Shown: positions 1-8,418 of the stretch, piece after piece
How positions within the stretch are numbered: the stretch's first letter is position 1
Layout: the number at the start of each line of letters is the position of its first letter
Source: Nitrososphaerota archaeon
GTDB lineage: Archaea > Thermoproteota > Nitrososphaeria > Nitrososphaerales > Nitrosopumilaceae
DNA length: 27,693 bases
Reading direction: 5' to 3'
NCBI GenBank assembly: GCA_022564515.1
Contig: JADFLH010000018.1
Location: 1 to 27,693, forward strand
Made by a program: the position numbers and the translations under genes
The notes under the pieces: generated by a model
Told to the model about the DNA's origin: nothing
The model's database searches: none
The model's input: only the letters and a program-made list of their open reading frames with translations

Positions 1-67
1 TCAATCCAATTGACCATGTCAACGACTCTTTTGCACTCCTCACTTCAACATTTTCTGAGGTTAAAAA

Positions 68-1177
68 ATGAGACGAGTTGCAGTTACTAATTTTGGAAAT
101 ACAAAATTTTCACGTGATGATACCCCAATTGAATCGTTATTATTATCTGCCACAAAATCACTTTTTGATCAAACATCAAACCTATCTCAAAAAGATATTG
201 ATGTTGTTTTAGTTTCAACCAACGAAAATTCAAAGTACTTAGCTGCAATTCTTTCTGAACTTTCAGGAATTGCTCCCAGAATTTCACATACTGTAGAAAA
301 TCTTTGTAGTTCAGGAACAAATGCAATTGTATCTGCATATTCGTATATTGCTGCAGGATTGGGAAATGTTGCCTTGGTAGTAGGAGCTGATAGATTTGAT
401 AGCCCTGGGCAAATTTTAGAATGGGACAAATCAAGAGGTGAGTATAAACACCCAATTTTTTGGGCATCGATTTTTACAAAATCATACAAAAGAGCATATA
501 ATGTATCAGCAGAAAATTTAGCAATCATTTCTGTAAAGAATCATAGAAATGCAAAAGACAATCCTAACGCATTTTCAAACAAAACATATACAGTTGATGA
601 TATAATGAATTCAAAAAATCTAACTGAGGATTTAAGAATTTTAGATTGTTCTCGTCCCTGTACTGGGAGCTCTGCTGTTTTATTGACTTCAGAAGATTTA
701 GCAAAAAAATTCACGGATATTCCTGTATGGGTGAAAGGGATTGGCCAAAAAACAATCTCAGCTAGTTTTACAAAAAATCAAAATTTCAACCACATGAATT
801 CAACCAAGGATGCTGCAAGAATTGCTTTTAGCATTGCTAAATTGAAACAGAACGATGTTGACGTAGCTGAAATTCATGATGCATTTTCTGTTTGTGAACC
901 AATGATTATTGAAGATCTTGGTTTTGCCAAAAAAGGAGAGGGCTTAAGGTACTCTAAGAGTTTGTATGAAACTTTTGATAGGAAAATCAATCCACGAGGT
1001 GGATTGATTGGGGCAGGACATCCTCTCGGTGCAACAGGCGTAGCGCAAACAACAGAAATTGTACAACAGATTCAGGGAAAAGCACAAAAAAGGCAAATAG
1101 AAAATACCAATGTTGGGCTTGTGCACAACATGTCAGCTGCAGCAACATCATCCACGGTGTTAATACTAAAATCATGA
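68..1177 (+). CDS. Thiolase-family acetyl-CoA C-acetyltransferase (archaeal acetoacetyl-CoA thiolase type)
   Basis: 369-aa ORF. Thiolase-like motifs: ENLCSSGTNA (nucleophile Cys region), GGLIGAGHPLGATGV and C-terminal NMSAAATSS. The stop overlaps the start of the DUF35 gene (ATGA at 1174-1177), the pairing usual for archaeal thiolases. Confidence 0.85.
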   Translation: MRRVAVTNFGNTKFSRDDTPIESLLLSATKSLFDQTSNLSQKDIDVVLVSTNENSKYLAAILSELSGIAPRISHTVENLCSSGTNAIVSAYSYIAAGLGNVALVVGADRFDSPGQILEWDKSRGEYKHPIFWASIFTKSYKRAYNVSAENLAIISVKNHRNAKDNPNAFSNKTYTVDDIMNSKNLTEDLRILDCSRPCTGSSAVLLTSEDLAKKFTDIPVWVKGIGQKTISASFTKNQNFNHMNSTKDAARIAFSIAKLKQNDVDVAEIHDAFSVCEPMIIEDLGFAKKGEGLRYSKSLYETFDRKINPRGGLIGAGHPLGATGVAQTTEIVQQIQGKAQKRQIENTNVGLVHNMSAAATSSTVLILKS

Positions 1178-1497
1178 AATTTGATTCTGAAATAAAAAAA
1201 GGTAATTTTGTAATTGGCAGTTGCCAAAATTGTAACAAAATAGTCTGGCCTCCAAGTGAACTTTGTAATGGTTGTTTTGGCAAGATAATCTGGAAAAAAG
1301 CATCACGAATTGGTAATATTGTAGAATATTCAAAAAAGGATAATGAGGATTTTTGTATTGCTGAATTTGAAGGTGGGGTTCGAATTATGGGCACACTTGT
1401 CGTAAAATCAAAAAAGCCTGAAGTAGGCTCTAAAGTCATACTCGTAAAATGTGGAACTGCGGGTGAAAATTATATCTTTGTCATGAATTTGTTATAG
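1174..1497 (+). CDS. DUF35 family Zn-ribbon/OB-fold protein (thiolase/HMG-CoA synthase scaffold type)
   Basis: 107 aa. Zn-ribbon CQNC-x10-CNGC followed by a short beta-rich OB-like tail. Translationally coupled to the upstream thiolase. Confidence 0.8.
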   Translation: MKFDSEIKKGNFVIGSCQNCNKIVWPPSELCNGCFGKIIWKKASRIGNIVEYSKKDNEDFCIAEFEGGVRIMGTLVVKSKKPEVGSKVILVKCGTAGENYIFVMNLL

Positions 1498-1661
1498 TGT
1501 TTATATCTTAATTGACGATTTTCAACGATAATGTGATCATTGATAATTATGTCAAATCACGAATTTTTAGCTAAAAGTTGTGTTAAATGATTTCATATAA
1601 AAATAGACACAGTACTACTCAACCTGGAAATTATTAATTCTTTGTTTAGTCTAACGGTTGT

Positions 1662-2897
1662 ATGAATTCGGTTATTGTCTTCCTTGCAATCATTGCTATT
1701 GTTGGAATAATTATCAATCCTACTTTTGCACAACAGTTTGTGGAACCCGATTATGCTATACGTGGTGGAGAAATTTTAGGTTTTGAGATAGATACAGAAA
1801 ATACCTCTCTAATAATTTCATTAAAACCTAGAGCTAGTGGTGAATTAATCATAACATTGCCAAGAAGTTTGATCGATGCAAAAATTGGATCGGAGTATAT
1901 TGATTTTGTTGTCTTAATCGATGGTTTAGAATTTTATTTTATTGAGGAAACATCAACATCATATTCTAGAGCGATTACAATTCCATTTGAAAGATTTAAC
2001 TCTGAAATTAAAATAATTGGAACACAGGTTTTTTCACAAGAAGCTTCTCCGCCAGCTATCTCCCCACAACAACAAATAGAAAATAGAATAAAAACAGAAT
2101 TACAGTCAGAAATACCTCAAGGTAACGCAAAACTTTTGATATTTTCTGACACTAGATGGTCAGGTGCACTTCAGGCTTCGGGTTATGATTTTACCACAAG
2201 AAACGGACAAGATGACAGAGTCATCATTTTTGCATGTGAGTCATCCTTTTTTGAAAAGGGGGTTTATGCCGCAAAATTTCAAAAAATGACAAAAGATGGT
2301 TACTTGCAAATTGTTGCAATTCAGAATCAAAAAATTTTGAAAAAGAGTTCAACACAATTGCCTTTTGGAGAAATTGGCTCTGACGAGTCGGAATGTGCCA
2401 TATGTAATTACCTGATGGTAAAAATGCCCGAAGCAAAAATTACTGAAGAATGGATGGAATTTGGCGGAAAATCCTTTCAAGTAGTTAGCATATTTGGTAC
2501 CTGTGCTGAAGAGAGTGTTCTTTCTGGAGGGGGGTGTCTCATCGCAACGGCCACTTATGGTTCAGAGTTTTCAACACAAGTGCAAGATCTCAGAGAAATT
2601 AGAGACAACAAGGTTCTAAAAACAAGATTAGGAACTGCCTTCATGACTGGATTTAATCAATTTTACTATTCGTTTAGTCCAACTATTGCAGACTGGGAAA
2701 GAGAAAATCCAATCTTTAAACAAACTGTAAAGCTCGCAATCACACCATTGTTGACTTCACTATCTGTTCTAAATTATGTTGATATTGATTCAGAATTTGA
2801 AGTACTGACCTATGGAATTAGTTTGATTTTGTTAAATGCTGGAATGTATTTTGCAGCTCCTGCAGTCGTTATTTACAAAATTAGAAAATTTCTTTAA
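1662..2897 (+). CDS. Secreted/membrane-anchored hypothetical protein with a C-terminal GGCLIATATYGSE box and hydrophobic tail
   Basis: 411 aa. N-terminal signal/anchor MNSVIVFLAIIAIVGIIINPTFA. Near the C-terminus: GGGCLIATATYGSEFSTQVQDLREIRDNKVL, then hydrophobic segments (ITPLLTSLSVL, ISLILLNAGMYFAAPAVVIY). Confidence 0.6.
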   Translation: MNSVIVFLAIIAIVGIIINPTFAQQFVEPDYAIRGGEILGFEIDTENTSLIISLKPRASGELIITLPRSLIDAKIGSEYIDFVVLIDGLEFYFIEETSTSYSRAITIPFERFNSEIKIIGTQVFSQEASPPAISPQQQIENRIKTELQSEIPQGNAKLLIFSDTRWSGALQASGYDFTTRNGQDDRVIIFACESSFFEKGVYAAKFQKMTKDGYLQIVAIQNQKILKKSSTQLPFGEIGSDESECAICNYLMVKMPEAKITEEWMEFGGKSFQVVSIFGTCAEESVLSGGGCLIATATYGSEFSTQVQDLREIRDNKVLKTRLGTAFMTGFNQFYYSFSPTIADWERENPIFKQTVKLAITPLLTSLSVLNYVDIDSEFEVLTYGISLILLNAGMYFAAPAVVIYKIRKFL

Positions 2898-3114
2898 TTC
2901 TGAAAATTCTTGTGTTATAATAAATTCATTGGCAAAAAGTAAAAAGGCATTTCCCCCTTTTGTTCGTAGAAAATCAACATGATTGATGTTATACGTGCAT
3001 TATGATTTGTTGGAGATTAATCTAATATTGTCGTCTAATTAGTGAGTATTATTAGTAATTGAAAATTGAGTTATTATGTAATTACCCTCTTACTATATCT
3101 TAATTGTTAGAGAT

Positions 3115-3708
3115 ATGTTATTGAAGCAAGTCAATCAAACCAAAACTATTCTAGATAAACCCAAAACCATTTCTACTAAAATACGAATATTAAAGAAAAA
3201 CAATAAAAAGATTGCAAAAACACGAAGACAGCGTGGTTACAATTGGGAAAATACAATTGTTAAAAGATTCAATGGTTTGAAGGATTGGAGTGCCTTTAGA
3301 TTGGGATCTCCAAGCGTAGGTTTGCCTGATGTTTTGGCTGTGAGTACTAAAAATGGAACCATATTTACAATAGAAGCAAAATCTGGTACGCTAACAACAC
3401 TTCAAGTCCCATACGATCAAATAATTAGATGTCTAAAATGGATTGAAACATTCGAATTATACAAAACCAGAAAGGTTATTCTGGCCTTCAAATTCTTATC
3501 TAAAAAAAGAATTGGACTTGGCAAATACGAAAGTAGAGAATTGAGAGAATTTTTCAAAGTTTGGGATGAATCTAGGAGCATTACAGATTGTATTTGTACG
3601 TATGCAGGTGAGACCTTTGCTTTTGAAAATGGGCAAAGAATTAAGATCAATCTTAAGGATCATCCCATGCCCTTTAAGTCAAAACATCAAATCATATCTC
3701 AACCATAA
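3115..3708 (+). CDS. Hjc-like Holliday-junction resolvase family (PD-(D/E)XK) nuclease with basic N-terminal and extra C-terminal extensions
   Basis: The core aligns by eye to archaeal Hjc: RGYNWENTIVKRF (E), GLPDVLAV (D), FTIEAKSG (E-x-K), VILAFKFL. It is preceded by a ~45-aa Lys-rich extension. Confidence 0.6.
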   Translation: MLLKQVNQTKTILDKPKTISTKIRILKKNNKKIAKTRRQRGYNWENTIVKRFNGLKDWSAFRLGSPSVGLPDVLAVSTKNGTIFTIEAKSGTLTTLQVPYDQIIRCLKWIETFELYKTRKVILAFKFLSKKRIGLGKYESRELREFFKVWDESRSITDCICTYAGETFAFENGQRIKINLKDHPMPFKSKHQIISQP

Positions 3709-3756
3709 ATTCTTAGTTTCAGATCATTTTTTAGTAGTGAACTATAAAGAAATAAC

Positions 3757-4413
3757 ATGCCTTCTAAATCTGAAAGGGATGATGAACCAGAATCTACTTC
3801 AGAACCCGAATTAGGATTAGCATCAAAACTAAAGCCTATTCAAAAATTAAAGCACTTTACAAAGTATTTCAAAAAATCTCAACCAAAAAAGCAACCAAAA
3901 TCAGAATTAATTGAATCAGTAAAACAAGAAACATCTGTAGAGCCTCACACAGAAATAGAAAAACCTGAACCCACAATAAAAAAAACAGAATCACATATAG
4001 TAAAATCACTTTTAAGACCAGAAAATGAACCAAAAATAAAGTTTGGACCAGCTTATCGCTCTGAAGAATTTCTTAGTGAACGTATTTTTACTAGCAATGA
4101 TTTTTTTGGTAAAAAAAAGATGAAAATCAAGGTTTTAGAAGTATCTGATGAACATTCTCCTCGTCAATGGAAGTTTGGTGATAGGGTAAAAGTTAACAAA
4201 ATTCTTGTCACAATAACCCATTTGGAAAGCTCAGAAATCGAAGAGGCGGAATTCAATATAGAAGCAATTGAGAAAGAGTTAATAGAAAAAAGACATTATT
4301 CCTCATCAAATCGTTGGGTACCTACAGACGAGATAAAAAATGGTTATGTCCCAAATTCACGACATATCTCATTAATTAGTGATGCTTTTGCACTAGAATA
4401 CATTGCATTTTAA
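3757..4413 (+). CDS. Hypothetical protein. The N-terminal half is a K/E/P-rich low-complexity region and the C-terminal ~110 aa look globular.
   Basis: 218-aa ORF with no recognised motifs. Coding call rests on ORF length in an AT-rich, stop-rich background. Confidence 0.5.
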   Translation: MPSKSERDDEPESTSEPELGLASKLKPIQKLKHFTKYFKKSQPKKQPKSELIESVKQETSVEPHTEIEKPEPTIKKTESHIVKSLLRPENEPKIKFGPAYRSEEFLSERIFTSNDFFGKKKMKIKVLEVSDEHSPRQWKFGDRVKVNKILVTITHLESSEIEEAEFNIEAIEKELIEKRHYSSSNRWVPTDEIKNGYVPNSRHISLISDAFALEYIAF

Positions 4414-4491
4414 TTTACGAGTAATTTAAAATTTTATTCTGATCAAAAAATTCCAAAAAACCTTTAAGAGTAATTATTTCAGAATTTATCT

Positions 4492-4824
4492 ATGATTACC
4501 AAACAGGTTGAAGTAAACGGTACTTCTTTTAGGCTTATACTTACTGATCAGGCAATAACTCAGGTCAATAATTTGAAAAATCTTTATTCTACGGCTTATG
4601 AAGATCCAGAAAGTTTTGAGGAGGTAAGTTCGGAAATCTCCGCAACAATTAATGAGATAACCACAGCAGTTGAACCGGCGCCTTCTGATAGTGATTTAGA
4701 TGGACTAATTCAAGAAATTATTAAGACTGTTGAAAATAAGGAGGCCGAGGTAGTAAAACAACTCAAAGAAAAACCTAGCAAAACATCAAAAACCATCAAA
4801 TCTAAAAAAAAGTTAAAATCATAG
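4492..4824 (+). CDS. Hypothetical acidic protein with a Lys-rich tail
   Basis: 110-aa ORF on the same strand as its upstream neighbours. No recognised motif. Confidence 0.45.
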   Translation: MITKQVEVNGTSFRLILTDQAITQVNNLKNLYSTAYEDPESFEEVSSEISATINEITTAVEPAPSDSDLDGLIQEIIKTVENKEAEVVKQLKEKPSKTSKTIKSKKKLKS

Positions 4825-4896
4825 TAACCGGTTTTTAGTAAGAAATCAGATACTTTATTGGTATTAGTTATATTTTGTAATCTCCATCATTAAATC

Positions 4897-5016
4897 ATGA
4901 CAGCTTGCGAATGTGGGATTTGCGGTCATTATTTCAGATGGGAATGCATCAAAAATAAATGCAAATGTTGTTTAAATTTTCACCTTAGATCTGGTCCAAA
5001 AATTAAAAAAGTGTAG
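4897..5016 (+). CDS. Small Cys-rich protein (39 aa, 8 Cys), putative Zn-binding
   Basis: Hand-translated: MTACECGICGHYFRWECIKNKCKCCLNFHLRSGPKIKKV. Below the ORF-track size cut-off. Confidence 0.35.
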   Translation: MTACECGICGHYFRWECIKNKCKCCLNFHLRSGPKIKKV

Positions 5017-5048
5017 AACAATCTTCATGCAAAATTATTACAAATGTT

Positions 5049-5156
5049 TTAATTTTTTTTATAGCAACTACATGTTTTTGAAAAATGTCTAACACATCCC
5101 ACAAGTTTGTGATCTTTGCAACCACACAGAAAACATTTTTTCCCAGATTTTTTCAT
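5049..5156 (-). CDS. Small protein (35 aa) with a CX2CX4HX4C zinc-knuckle pattern
   Basis: Hand-translated from the minus strand: MKKSGKKCFLCGCKDHKLVGCVRHFSKTCSCYKKN. The segment CFLCGCKDHKLVGC fits C-x2-C-x4-H-x4-C exactly. Confidence 0.35.
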   Translation of the reverse strand: MKKSGKKCFLCGCKDHKLVGCVRHFSKTCSCYKKN

Positions 5157-5169
5157 AATTAGCATTAAA

Positions 5170-5544
5170 TCATTTAGACTTGAAAATAGTTTCTACTGTT
5201 TCCATTAGCTTCATGTCTTGAAGAGAATCAATTATCTTTAAACGGATATTTTTCAATCTATTTGGATCATCATAATATAGGTTTGACATCGTATCAATTT
5301 CTCTATTAAATTCATAATTCTCAAGATAATGTTTTGATAGTTTTGATAATTTAACATATTCATTAGAATTAATTTTTGATAATTCTATTTTTTTGACAAT
5401 TACTTGAAACAATCCATTTGTTTTCAGTAATTCCGTTTTAATAATCTCCAGATCTCCTGATTTATCATTAAGATTCGATAGTCTTTGATAAGATTCTAAA
5501 ATCTGTTTTAAGATCCCTTTAACGTATTCATCAAATGAGGTCAC
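5170..5544 (-). CDS. Hypothetical, predicted all-helical protein
   Basis: 124-aa ORF with no recognised motif. Confidence 0.5.
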   Translation of the reverse strand: MTSFDEYVKGILKQILESYQRLSNLNDKSGDLEIIKTELLKTNGLFQVIVKKIELSKINSNEYVKLSKLSKHYLENYEFNREIDTMSNLYYDDPNRLKNIRLKIIDSLQDMKLMETVETIFKSK

Positions 5545-5668
5545 TAATATTTCAAATTAACTTTAACTAATCTAAAAGTATAGAGGATGACATACAAATT
5601 TTACCTGAGAAGGCAAATTTTAGAACTCATTTTTAACTTTAAATTGTTACTACATATGCTAACTGACA

Positions 5669-7006
5669 TTGCAAAAAAATACCTACCTTAAGTGTATTGA
5701 TGTACATTGTGGTTTAGAATATTCAATCTTTTCTACTAGAATCGAGTGTGAGAAAGGTCATCTATTAGACGTAAAATATACACAAAAACCCTCAGAATCA
5801 TTAAAGGAAAGATTTCTTTCCAGACGAAATCCTGAAGGCAGTATTTTTAACGAAAGTGGTGTCTGGAGATTTAGAGAACTACTAAATTTTTGTCAAATCG
5901 ATACTGAAAGTATTGAAGATTGTGCTTCCTCTTTAGTTTCTTTGGATGGTGCTGAAGGTAGACAATCAAAACCATATCATATGTCAAAGGTAGCAGATTT
6001 TGTAAATTTGTTGGTCGAAGGCTTGTGGTTACAACCAGAAGGTTACAATCCTAGTGGTTCGTTTAAAGATAATGGCATGGCAGCAGCTATCACTCATGCC
6101 AAACTTGTAAATGAAAAAAAAATTGTTTGTGCATCTACAGGAAATACTTCTGCATCAGCTGCAATGTATGCAGCAAATGAAGGAATGGAATGCTTTGTGT
6201 ATATTCCATCAGGTCAGATTGCTCCCGGGAAACTAAGTCAAGCATATCAGTTTGGAGCACAGTTAATTGAGGTAGATGGAAATTTTGATGATTGCTTGGC
6301 AAAATCATTAGAAGACGCCAAAAAATTTGCGGGTTATACAGTTAATTCAATTAATCCATTTAGAATAGAAGGTCAAAAAACTATTTCTTATCGTTCATTA
6401 GAACATCTTAACTGGAAGGCACCTGATTGGATTATCTATCCAGGTGGAGCGCTAGGTAATACCTCAAGCTGTGGCAAATCATTAATGGAATTATATGAAT
6501 GGGGGTGGATAAAAAAAATTCCTAGGATAGCAGTGATAAACTCTGAAGGCGCCAGCACTCTTTCAGATCTTTATAATGGAAAGTTTGAAGGAGATGAATT
6601 AAGATGGAATAAAGGAAACCCAAACTATGAATTAATTAAAAGATACTATGCAGATTTAGACAGTAAAGGGATAAAACCAAAAACAAAAGCCACCGCCATT
6701 CAGATTGGAAGACCAATCAACATTCTCAAAGCATTAAGAGCGCTTGAATTCACAAATGGCGTGGTGATTACAGTTTCAGATAATGAAATGCTTGATGGAA
6801 TGGCAGTTGTGGGGCTAAATGGCTTTGATTGTGAAATGGCTTCAGGAGCAGTACCATCTGGTATAAAAAAACTAATCAAAGAGCAAGTAATCAAAAAAGA
6901 TGATATTGTTGTAGGAATACTCACTGGAAGACAAAAAGACGCCATGCTCCCTGTAGATTACCACAACAATCCTGAAAATCGTTTTGCACGCCCACCAAAA
7001 AATTAG
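5669..7006 (+). CDS. thrC: Threonine synthase
   Basis: 445 aa. N-terminal Zn-ribbon-like LKCIDVHCGLEY...CEKGH. PLP-lysine motif NPSGSFKDNGMA. TTG is the only start between the upstream in-frame TAA (5660-5662) and the conserved N-terminus. Confidence 0.9.
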   Translation: MQKNTYLKCIDVHCGLEYSIFSTRIECEKGHLLDVKYTQKPSESLKERFLSRRNPEGSIFNESGVWRFRELLNFCQIDTESIEDCASSLVSLDGAEGRQSKPYHMSKVADFVNLLVEGLWLQPEGYNPSGSFKDNGMAAAITHAKLVNEKKIVCASTGNTSASAAMYAANEGMECFVYIPSGQIAPGKLSQAYQFGAQLIEVDGNFDDCLAKSLEDAKKFAGYTVNSINPFRIEGQKTISYRSLEHLNWKAPDWIIYPGGALGNTSSCGKSLMELYEWGWIKKIPRIAVINSEGASTLSDLYNGKFEGDELRWNKGNPNYELIKRYYADLDSKGIKPKTKATAIQIGRPINILKALRALEFTNGVVITVSDNEMLDGMAVVGLNGFDCEMASGAVPSGIKKLIKEQVIKKDDIVVGILTGRQKDAMLPVDYHNNPENRFARPPKN

Positions 7007-7164
7007 GCTCAAAAAATCAAATTATTATTTACTAGTAAAACAAAAAAAACACGTCAAGCCTTAAAAGCCTGTTTAGGTAATTAGAATTATCCAAAAAATG
7101 TGGTGTAATCAAAAATAAAAAGGATAACTTCGTCGATATTCAAAAAAGGTTTATGGAGAGATAA

Positions 7165-8418
7165 ATGGTTGAGATATGGATTGAGATAGCAGTATTAGCT
7201 ATTCTTATTGGCCTATCTGGTTTTTTCAGTGGATTAGAAGTTGCACTAGTTAGCCTAAGAAAGTCAAAGGTGCAACAACTGCTTAATCAAAATGCAAAGG
7301 GAGCAAAAGCACTTCACAAGCTAAAATCAAATCCTGGCTGGATGATGTCAAGTGTAAACCTAGGTAATAATTTAGTAAACGTAGCTGCGGCTGCAATTGC
7401 TACAAGTATCGCAATTCGAACTTTTGGAGATGATGGGTTAGGAATAGCAATCGGAATAGTGACATTTTTTATTCTAATCTTTGGAGAAATTACTCCAAAA
7501 ACTTATTGTAATGCCAATGCGGTAAAAATTGCACTTAGATTTAGTCCAGTATTACTTGGATTCAGTTATGCATTCTATCCTATTGTCAAACTTTTTGAAA
7601 TCATAACCCGTGCCATGGTAAAGCTTACTAAAAGCAGCTATCATCCACCTGCATTAACAGAGGAGGAAATTAAAGGAGTGATAGATCAAGGTTTGCTTGA
7701 TAAGGCCATAGAAAAAGAAGAAAGAGAACTTGTACATGGAGCATTACAATTTGATGATACTGTGATTCGCTCTGTAATGATTCCTAGGCCACAAATGTTT
7801 ACATTGAATTCAAAAATGCTTCTCTTTGAGGCTTTACCATTGATCATCCAAAGCGGACATTCCAGAGTACCAATTTATGGTTCTAGCAAAGACGAGATTG
7901 TTGGATTTGTTCATGTTAGAGACATTCTAAAAGAATTAGAGCAAGATAACAAAATGATTCGCCTTGAACAAATGGCAAGAAAGCCTATTTTTGCCTCCAA
8001 AGAAAAAATGATTAGTTCTCTGCTAAAGGAGATGAAAGGAAGAAAAATACACATAGCCATAGTTTTTGATGAATTTGGCGGTGTAGAAGGTTTAGTAACT
8101 CTTGAAGATTTGTTAGAGGAAATTGTAGGAGAGATTGAGGATGAAATAGACAAATCAAAACCAGCAGAATTTCAATCAATTGATCAAGATACTATTATTA
8201 CGAATGGGGACATTGAAATAGATACCATAAATGAGATTTTCAAAACTAATGTTCCTCAAGGTGATGATTATGCATCTCTTAATGGATTATTGCATGAAAG
8301 ACTACACGACATTCCAAAAGAAGGAGATAAAGTCGAAGTTGATTCATTACGAATTGTTGTAGAAAAGGTTTCAAAAAACAGACCTGAAAAGATCAGAATT
8401 AAAAGAATGAAAAGCTAA
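7165..8418 (+). CDS. CNNM/HlyC/CorC-family transporter (DUF21 TM domain + CBS pair + CorC_HlyC C-terminal domain)
   Basis: 417 aa. N-terminal TM helices with GLSGFFSGLEVALVS and FGEITPK. Central CBS-like region (VMIPR..., HSRVPIY, HIAIVFDEFGGVEGLVTLEDLLEEIVGEI). C-terminal transporter-associated domain. Confidence 0.9.
   Translation: MVEIWIEIAVLAILIGLSGFFSGLEVALVSLRKSKVQQLLNQNAKGAKALHKLKSNPGWMMSSVNLGNNLVNVAAAAIATSIAIRTFGDDGLGIAIGIVTFFILIFGEITPKTYCNANAVKIALRFSPVLLGFSYAFYPIVKLFEIITRAMVKLTKSSYHPPALTEEEIKGVIDQGLLDKAIEKEERELVHGALQFDDTVIRSVMIPRPQMFTLNSKMLLFEALPLIIQSGHSRVPIYGSSKDEIVGFVHVRDILKELEQDNKMIRLEQMARKPIFASKEKMISSLLKEMKGRKIHIAIVFDEFGGVEGLVTLEDLLEEIVGEIEDEIDKSKPAEFQSIDQDTIITNGDIEIDTINEIFKTNVPQGDDYASLNGLLHERLHDIPKEGDKVEVDSLRIVVEKVSKNRPEKIRIKRMKS

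Noticed and set aside
1-17. Possible minus-strand gene start (ATG at 17, reading off the left edge)
   Set aside because: Only 5-6 codons are visible, so it cannot be supported.
87-1439. Minus-strand ORFs 87-467, 187-528, 944-1126 and 987-1439
   Set aside because: They lie entirely antisense to the well-supported thiolase and DUF35 genes. Their translations are low-complexity and motif-free, so they are shadow ORFs.
3566-3814. 82-aa plus-strand ORF overlapping the 3' end of the Hjc-like gene and the start of the next gene
   Set aside because: It is out of frame with two better-supported ORFs and has no motifs, so it is likely spurious.
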